From a virus (Duplodnaviria > Heunggongvirae > Uroviricota > Caudoviricetes), in IMG/VR virus record IMGVR_UViG_3300014205_000001, positions 125,413-189,412 of that record: a stretch of 64,000 bases of DNA; one strand, 5' to 3'. Below are positions 57,549-64,000 of this stretch, piece after piece (the first letter of the stretch is position 1; every line of letters begins with the position of its first letter). The position numbers and the translations under genes are program-made. The notes beneath the pieces were generated by a model that was given only the letters and a program-made list of their open reading frames with translations, made no database searches and had not been told where the DNA came from.

Positions 57549-58319
57549 TTAATTAGCAAGTTTGTAACCTAAGTACCCGCCAGCTGAGAAAAGTGCCGCT
57601 CCACCAATGAATTGTAGAGGACGTTTATTTTTCTCTAACCAACGCCCAAATTTACTTTTAGGTTGTTCAGTAGGAATAATGAAATTTTGCATGGTGTTGA
57701 TTTTCAAGTCAGGGTCATTCAAATTCCAAGTTACTTTGATAGTTTTGTCTTTATTACGAATGAAGTTAGTTTGAATATCGAATTTATAATCGTAAGATAA
57801 TTGTAGACCTGGCTTCATAGTTTTATCAAATGACATTTCAGCTGACCATTTGAATTTTTTTGTAGTATCTTGTTGTGTGAATTTTAATGTATCTTGTTCA
57901 CGATAACATACTTTCGAACCTAAACTGTCTTCTTCAACTGTTCCTACTTTGTTTTTCAATTCAGCTAACTGTTGACCTTGTAATTGGATTTCAGCTTTAG
58001 TAGAAGAGATTAACCCTTTGATTTTTGCCAAATCGTTATAGAATTTTTGTTGATCAGCAGCTAATGTTTTAAAATATTCACTGTTTGTTAATTGATCAAT
58101 TAGGATTTCGGGACTTTGTTTGGAATATTCTGCCACACCATTCTTAATATTTACTTTCATTGAATCGTTGAGTGCCGCTATTGTATGTTCGTAATTATCA
58201 TACTTTGCATTGAGGTTAGAAACTTTATTAATATAGAAAATTCCACCACCTATTAACATCATAATGATTATAATGATGTAAAAAATGTCTTTTTTGGTTA
58301 CTGATTTCGTATCTTTCAT
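57549..58319 (-). CDS. membrane-anchored coiled-coil late protein (possible spanin)
   Basis: N-terminal TM helix, coiled coil, Gly/aromatic hydrophobic C-terminus; late motif 6 nt upstream. Confidence 0.5.
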   Translation of the reverse strand: MKDTKSVTKKDIFYIIIIIMMLIGGGIFYINKVSNLNAKYDNYEHTIAALNDSMKVNIKNGVAEYSKQSPEILIDQLTNSEYFKTLAADQQKFYNDLAKIKGLISSTKAEIQLQGQQLAELKNKVGTVEEDSLGSKVCYREQDTLKFTQQDTTKKFKWSAEMSFDKTMKPGLQLSYDYKFDIQTNFIRNKDKTIKVTWNLNDPDLKINTMQNFIIPTEQPKSKFGRWLEKNKRPLQFIGGAALFSAGGYLGYKLAN

Positions 58320-58384
58320 ATAATGTATATATTAGCAAGATGATACTGTATTGGGTTTAATATATAACATTAAATTCAGTTTCA

Positions 58385-60268
58385 ATGGTAAATTCTCGTT
58401 TTATTCAAGTACACCCCGACGCAATTATCGAATGGATTTGGGATGATTCGTTTTTCTTTGAAGACGAATATTCAATTATTAAAGATTCTTTAAATGGTGT
58501 TTCGTCGTTTGCTTTTAGTAAAGCAGCTGTTGAAACAGGTAATTACAATAAAATTCCCAAACAATTATATTTAATCGATAAACTTATTAATAAATATGGT
58601 GTTGCTGACCCTGACGTAAAAACTTTTTTACAAGAAAGTAAATATGTCAATAATCAGCCTTCACGTTTCGATAAAATTAAAGTGTGGTTCCCTTTACACT
58701 ATTCATTTCCAGATAATTCAGGATTCTTTTTAAAAACTTCAGGTTTAAATTACGAAAATGGTGAAGCATTTAATTTCAGTAATTTCTTTTTAGATGTTAC
58801 TGATTCAACTGATTTATCTAAAGTCGTAAATGAATCACAACCGTTTCGTATGAATGAAAAGTTATGGGGTAAATCTGTAACTATTTATGTACCATCTTTA
58901 TACGATGAAAGCCGTCAGCGTACAAATAATGCACCTACATTAGGTACTATTAACTATAATTTGACAAATGGCAGTTTAGGATTATCTCAAACAAGTCCAA
59001 TTTTCATTGACTTCCGTTTTATTCATTCTAAATCAACAATATTAGGTGAAACAACATATCTTTTAACACCACCTTTAATAACATCTTTACCACAAGCACC
59101 TGAGTATAATAACTTAGCAGTACAAATTGTTGCAGCAGACGATGGTGATTATTTTAAAATTAATGGTATTTATAATGGTAGCATTGGTGAATTTGAATTA
59201 TTCATGGAATCGTTATCTCAATCAGGTAAAAGCAGTTATATCTTATATTCAATTACTAAATACGAAGAAAACATCCCACAATCTGTAACAGAAATTTATG
59301 TTTATAAAGATTTTACAGTGGGTGTGGAAGATTATCGTCCTGTATTTAAATTTGCTAATACAACTGCAGCAATTAGAGTTGATATGAAATTAATTTCAGC
59401 TGTTGATAGTTCAACAACAACTAAATCTGCTGAAATTGCTTTAACAGGAAATGAAGTTGCTAAATATGGTAAACGTATGACATCGATTAATGTGTTAGGT
59501 GCAATCAAACCTAAACTTTATAATTCTAAACCCGATCAATTAGTGATGGCTCCAATGGAATTATTGAATGCACATTTACAACGCAAGAATACAAATACAA
59601 GAACAGAAATAAAATACGTCGCATATCCTGTGTTATCGACAATACATAACGTAGTTGCACAAGAATCATCTGTAACAAATACAGTTGCTAAATATTTAGG
59701 TAAAGGCGAAATGAATTTATTGTTGACACCATTTGATAATGTGATTAAAATTAAAATAGCGCAAAAAGTTCGTGAAAATAGTTTTGATCCGTATGTTATT
59801 CCAAGTAGTAATTCAGTAACTCAATTAGTATTTAAATCAGCAACCACTGAATTACGTGTTCCATTATATTTGGAATCAAATGAAGTTGATTTAGGTCAAG
59901 GTGTAGTAATATTTAAAATATCATCATCTGATCAACCACAACTGAAAAAAATATTTCAAACTAGTAAAAGTTTCTATGTTACTTTAACAACTAACGGAAT
60001 TGAAACAAGTATATATGATGGAGTATTTTCGTTATTACAAGAAGAAGCACGTCCTGTTAAAACTGATACAAATTTAAATACGCCTCAAATTGTACAACCT
60101 GTTTCAAACCGTATTGTATCAGCACAACAAGATTCAGTATTACGATTAACTGATTCAGCTGCACCTACAGCAGTACCACAAAAATTAGTTTCAGTAAATT
60201 CAGGAAGTATATTAGAAAGTATTACTAAGAATAATTTAAATTCGGTTCAATTAAGACGCTTAATGTAA
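58385..60268 (+). CDS. hypothetical beta-rich virion structural protein
   Basis: 627 aa; AATATATA at 58359; same operon as the tail-tube-fold gene. Confidence 0.65.
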   Translation: MVNSRFIQVHPDAIIEWIWDDSFFFEDEYSIIKDSLNGVSSFAFSKAAVETGNYNKIPKQLYLIDKLINKYGVADPDVKTFLQESKYVNNQPSRFDKIKVWFPLHYSFPDNSGFFLKTSGLNYENGEAFNFSNFFLDVTDSTDLSKVVNESQPFRMNEKLWGKSVTIYVPSLYDESRQRTNNAPTLGTINYNLTNGSLGLSQTSPIFIDFRFIHSKSTILGETTYLLTPPLITSLPQAPEYNNLAVQIVAADDGDYFKINGIYNGSIGEFELFMESLSQSGKSSYILYSITKYEENIPQSVTEIYVYKDFTVGVEDYRPVFKFANTTAAIRVDMKLISAVDSSTTTKSAEIALTGNEVAKYGKRMTSINVLGAIKPKLYNSKPDQLVMAPMELLNAHLQRKNTNTRTEIKYVAYPVLSTIHNVVAQESSVTNTVAKYLGKGEMNLLLTPFDNVIKIKIAQKVRENSFDPYVIPSSNSVTQLVFKSATTELRVPLYLESNEVDLGQGVVIFKISSSDQPQLKKIFQTSKSFYVTLTTNGIETSIYDGVFSLLQEEARPVKTDTNLNTPQIVQPVSNRIVSAQQDSVLRLTDSAAPTAVPQKLVSVNSGSILESITKNNLNSVQLRRLM

Positions 60269-60291
60269 ATAAAAAATAAATAACAAATACA

Positions 60292-60657
60292 ATGGATTTT
60301 AAAAAACCACAACCTGGAGTACAGGGACAATATACAGTTAATCAAAAAACTGGATTACAAGATACTTTAAATGGAGATCATTCATTTAAGAATTTTGTAA
60401 AAATACAATGGGATTGGTGTTTAATCTGGTTAGGATTTTTCATAATTTCCTTATTACAAATTTTAAATTTACCAACAGTCATTGGTTTTGTAACTGAAGC
60501 AGCTGCAAATGATGGATTCTTTGCGGGTCTTATGGTTGGTGTGGGAATGATTATTTGGCTTCCAACATTGATAGGAATGACATTCTTTTTACGTGATTGG
60601 TGGTTGAAACTTGCAGGTGAAAAATCTTGGAGTAAAAGAATTATCGATAAAAAATAA
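60292..60657 (+). CDS. small membrane protein (2 TM)
   Basis: Two hydrophobic helices; holin candidate. Confidence 0.6.
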   Translation: MDFKKPQPGVQGQYTVNQKTGLQDTLNGDHSFKNFVKIQWDWCLIWLGFFIISLLQILNLPTVIGFVTEAAANDGFFAGLMVGVGMIIWLPTLIGMTFFLRDWWLKLAGEKSWSKRIIDKK

Positions 60658-61265
60658 TGAATTTAGGTACTTTAAATAATCAGTTTTACTTCAGTTTACC
60701 TGCAGATTTTATACCTGCAGGTTATGAAGAACGTTATATGAAATTATTAGGGAATCGACGTAAGTTGTATTCTTCACTGTTAGATTATTTAAATTCTACA
60801 ATTCAAACTATATCGTATCCTGCAATTAAATTTCCGGTTGTATCAAATCCACAAATAATTAAACGCAAGAAAATTAAATGGAAAACAGTAGGAAATATAT
60901 TTGATTTATTTGATGATACCATTACAGTAACATTTTTAAATGTTGATGGTAATTTAAATTATTTGATTTTTCAAGATATTTTAATTAATCATTATTTAAA
61001 TGTAGAAAATCCATACGATAAACCTATTTTAATTACAATTTTAGATCAAAATCGTAATGCAATGTATCACATTCAATATCGTTCAGTTATCTGGACAGGA
61101 ATTAGTGATAATACATTTGCTTTTAACGATCAAGTGATTCAGAACAAAACTTTTTCAATGACATTTGAATTTGGATATATTGATTATGAATATGTAGCCG
61201 ATAAAAGAGACATCATCACAGGTAATAGATATGATGAACCTTTACAAACACAAACACCACAATAA
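60657..61265 (+). CDS. tail tube-fold protein (gp3/gp19/gp54-like)
   Basis: IQTISYP, ITVTF...NY, ITILD, F..TFSMTFEF pattern. Confidence 0.6.
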   Translation: MNLGTLNNQFYFSLPADFIPAGYEERYMKLLGNRRKLYSSLLDYLNSTIQTISYPAIKFPVVSNPQIIKRKKIKWKTVGNIFDLFDDTITVTFLNVDGNLNYLIFQDILINHYLNVENPYDKPILITILDQNRNAMYHIQYRSVIWTGISDNTFAFNDQVIQNKTFSMTFEFGYIDYEYVADKRDIITGNRYDEPLQTQTPQ

Positions 61266-61267
61266 TT

Positions 61268-61594
61268 ATGTTTGATCAGAATTTTAAAATATTGTTGGAT
61301 TTATTCAGCAAGCATCCGAATATGTTTTTAAGCATACTTCATAAAAATGGAGCATTTACTGAAGACTTTAAGAAGAAACTAAGCGTTACTGTTGTAAAAG
61401 ACAAACCATATTTTACAGATATGGATAAAATGATGGATTATTATCAGACATTAATTAACGACGATAACGCAACTACAGATCAAGAAATTGTGTGGAATGA
61501 AAAATTACGTAAAGCATTAGTTCTTCAGAAATACGAAGACGCTGCAGCAATACGTGATTTAATGCATAAGAAAAAATTTAAGATTTATATCTAA
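61268..61594 (+). CDS. UVR (UvrB/C) domain protein
   Basis: LRKALVLQKYEDAAAIRD. Confidence 0.75.
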   Translation: MFDQNFKILLDLFSKHPNMFLSILHKNGAFTEDFKKKLSVTVVKDKPYFTDMDKMMDYYQTLINDDNATTDQEIVWNEKLRKALVLQKYEDAAAIRDLMHKKKFKIYI

Positions 61595-61597
61595 ATT

Positions 61598-61625
61598 TAA
61601 ACAATTGACATTTCGGTCATTATAA
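61598..61625 (+). promoter_or_regulatory. class-2 promoter TAAAC-N18-TATAA
   Basis: Exact motif upstream of the S1 gene. Confidence 0.75.
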
Positions 61626-61646
61626 TGTTTATCTAAAATAAATTAA

Positions 61647-62732
61647 ATGATCGAAACAACAAGTAAAATCACAGGAACAGGAAACAATAAAGGCTTTGAA
61701 ATCGAAGCAGAAATGAATCCTTTCGGTGCAGCACTCGCTGAATTTGAAAAAACAAATTCATACTCAAACATTACAATTGGTAGTAAAATCGCAGGAACAC
61801 TTTCTGCAGTAACTACTAAAGCAGCCTTTGTGAATTTCAAAGGTAAAAACGAAATTCAAATTCCATTAACACCTAACGAAAAAAACATTGTTGATACAAT
61901 GGACATCGGTAGCACAGTATCTGTAATGGTTACAAATATTGTTGATTCAGAAAATTACGATATTTTCGGATCATTCCATCAGTTAAAATTAACTGAACTA
62001 TCTGAATTTTTAGATAAAGCTGTCCAACACAGAACAGTATTGACAGGTATGGTAAAAGATATGACCTTTGCAGGTTATACAGTATCAGCATACGTTGAAG
62101 AACAAGAAGTTAGTTTATTTATGCCACATCTATTAACTGATGTGAATAAATTACCTGATGCTCAGTCAATTATGTTTACTGAAATTGAATTTATTTTACA
62201 AGAAGTATACAAAGATGGTCAAAAATCTTATTTAGCTTCTCGTAAAGCACATTTACTAAATAAAGTTCAAGGTGAACTTAAACGTTTAACAGTAGGTGGT
62301 GTATATCGTGGATTTATTACAGGGTCTACTGACTTTGCAGTATTTGTACAATTCAACGAATGTTTAACAGGCATGATTCACAAATCTAATTTATCACCTG
62401 AAGCAGCTGATCTTTTAGAAAAGAAAGAAATCACACCAGGAATGCTAATTGAATTTTACGTAAAGGATATTACTAAGGGTAAATTATTCTTAACACAAAT
62501 TATGCGTGAAAGTCTTTGGGACAATATTAAAACAAACGATATTTTAACAGGTAAAGTATCTGCTTTAAAAGATTTTGGTTTAATGGTTGACTTGGATTAT
62601 GAAACAAAAGGTTTACTACATAAATCAGTATTACCTAAATCTGTTGAATCTTATAAAAAAGGTCAAGAAGTTGTAGTTGTAGTAACTAACGTCAACAAAA
62701 ATAATCGTCAAATTACATTGGCATTAAAATAA
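61647..62732 (+). CDS. rpsA: ribosomal protein S1-like, four S1 domains
   Basis: G.VYRG.ITG.TDFAVFV....GMIHKS; GKV..LKDFG..V.L...GLLHKS; ASRKA; RQITLALK. Confidence 0.88.
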   Translation: MIETTSKITGTGNNKGFEIEAEMNPFGAALAEFEKTNSYSNITIGSKIAGTLSAVTTKAAFVNFKGKNEIQIPLTPNEKNIVDTMDIGSTVSVMVTNIVDSENYDIFGSFHQLKLTELSEFLDKAVQHRTVLTGMVKDMTFAGYTVSAYVEEQEVSLFMPHLLTDVNKLPDAQSIMFTEIEFILQEVYKDGQKSYLASRKAHLLNKVQGELKRLTVGGVYRGFITGSTDFAVFVQFNECLTGMIHKSNLSPEAADLLEKKEITPGMLIEFYVKDITKGKLFLTQIMRESLWDNIKTNDILTGKVSALKDFGLMVDLDYETKGLLHKSVLPKSVESYKKGQEVVVVVTNVNKNNRQITLALK

Positions 62733-62769
62733 TTTAAACGAAAACATATTTCGTTTTTTCCTCGCAACG

Positions 62770-62797
62770 ACTGCTCCAAGAAATTGGAGCAGTTTTT
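62770..62797 (+). terminator. intrinsic terminator
   Basis: ACTGCTCCAA-gaaa-TTGGAGCAGT followed by a T run. Confidence 0.85.
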
Positions 62798-62820
62798 GTT
62801 TATATATACTTCATAACTAT

Positions 62821-64000
62821 ATGGTTACTACAAAGAAGAAAAAGAATAATCGAAGTATAATTGATAAGCAATTCGTTTTTAATAGCGATAATATCAATGA
62901 GATTATAGAGAAACAACATCAAGGTTTTGCATTACCACGACACATGAATCCTTGGTTCAAAAATCAAGCAGGTGTTCGACGTGCAGGTTTAGTATGGGCG
63001 TGGTCAGAAGAAGAATTAGAAGATTTTGCACGTTGTGCATTTGATATTCATTATTTCGCAAATAAATTTTGTAAAATTAAATCAGAAGACGGACAGATTC
63101 GACAGATGACAGTTCGTGATTATCAAATTGAAGTATTAGACGCATATACAAAAAATCGTTTTACGATTAATATGAGTAGTCGTCAAACAGGAAAAACTGT
63201 TTGTGCAGCAATTGTATTATTACACTACGCAATTTTTAATACTAATAAAGGTATTATGATCGTTGCAAATAAAGCAGAAACAGTTGTTGAAATTATTGAT
63301 AAGATTAAAAATATTTATAAGTTACTACCATTCTATTTAAAGCCTGGTATCATTAACTGGAACACACGAACAATTGTATTTGAAAATGGTTGTCGTATTA
63401 AATCACAAGCACGTTCAAAAGAACCAGCGATCGGTTTTACAATTGACTTTTTATACATTGACGAATTTGCTCACATTCCACCTAATACTATTACACATTA
63501 TTATAAATCAGTAGTACCTACTGTATCTTCAATCTCAGGTTCGAAGATTGTAATTACATCGACACCTAATGGTGCGAATTTATTTAAAGATTTAGTAGTA
63601 GGTGCAGGTTTAGAAGAAGGACATCCTGATAAAAATCAATATAAATTAGTAAAAGTTTATTGGTATCAAGTACCAGATGGAAGATTTGAAGATGGTAGTC
63701 GTGGTACACGTTTTGATGCAAAAATTTACCCAATGGAACATGAATTACGTAGCCGTAAATTAACGATTGAGGATTTAAATAAATCATTACGTAAATTAGG
63801 TCATACAACAAGTGTTGATATTGAAACAACTGATACAGGTGATCGTAAATATATTCGTGTTAAACACGCAAATAATAAATCTGAAATCGATAAAATTAGA
63901 GCACTTACAATTGGTGAAGTTGAATTAATACGTATTAGTAATATTACTAATTGGAAAGAACAAGAAACTAAATTAATTGGCGGCGAAGAAGCATTCAATC
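62821..64000 (+). CDS. terL: terminase large subunit (T4 gp17-like), truncated by window end; not in ORF track
   Basis: Manual translation: RDYQ, SRQTGKT (Walker A), ANK, LPFYLKPG, FENG, LYIDEFAH (Walker B), ITSTPNG. Confidence 0.95.
   Translation, partial: MVTTKKKKNNRSIIDKQFVFNSDNINEIIEKQHQGFALPRHMNPWFKNQAGVRRAGLVWAWSEEELEDFARCAFDIHYFANKFCKIKSEDGQIRQMTVRDYQIEVLDAYTKNRFTINMSSRQTGKTVCAAIVLLHYAIFNTNKGIMIVANKAETVVEIIDKIKNIYKLLPFYLKPGIINWNTRTIVFENGCRIKSQARSKEPAIGFTIDFLYIDEFAHIPPNTITHYYKSVVPTVSSISGSKIVITSTPNGANLFKDLVVGAGLEEGHPDKNQYKLVKVYWYQVPDGRFEDGSRGTRFDAKIYPMEHELRSRKLTIEDLNKSLRKLGHTTSVDIETTDTGDRKYIRVKHANNKSEIDKIRALTIGEVELIRISNITNWKEQETKLIGGEEAFN

Noticed and set aside
61605-61626. Sigma70 promoter TTGACA/TATAAT
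   Set aside because: The spacer is only 10 nt; the site fits TAAAC-N18-TATAA instead.
1-64000. Stop-codon recoding as in some Bacteroidota jumbo phages
   Set aside because: Core genes are uninterrupted in the standard code, and both TAG and TGA end genes with tight downstream starts.

Overview
AT-rich, densely coding 64 kb segment of a large T4-related (jumbo-type) myovirus, standard genetic code. The host is probably Bacteroidota: Shine-Dalgarno motifs are not apparent, early promoters resemble TAnnTTTG, and there are small exported MORN and CarboxypepD-like proteins. The head/packaging module has gp15, gp55-like sigma, gp57B/Acb1-like, gp4, gp2, portal, fused protease-scaffold, major capsid and a window-truncated large terminase. 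Replication and nucleotide genes include an N-terminal half of a split family B polymerase, clamp loader subunits, RNase H/FEN, gp47, ThyA, dUTPase and Nudix. Also present are ribosomal protein S1, NadC, an AlkB-like oxygenase, an ART-like protein and many hypothetical genes. Main observations: (1) three promoter classes can be read from the DNA (TAG-N16-TAWWTWTRTAG, TAAAC-N18-TATAA, RATATATA), many so close to the ATG that the mRNAs should be leaderless, next to a phage S1; (2) about 12 unrelated proteins share a capsid-targeting-like N-terminal tag plus xNE cleavage sites, including an Acb1-like phosphodiesterase; (3) an unannotated 56-aa paralogue of the protease N-terminus lies between portal and protease; (4) there is a NadC / nucleotidyltransferase / 2H cluster. 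All family calls are motif recognition by eye; no database searches were run. No tRNA, rRNA, CRISPR array or transposase was recognised.
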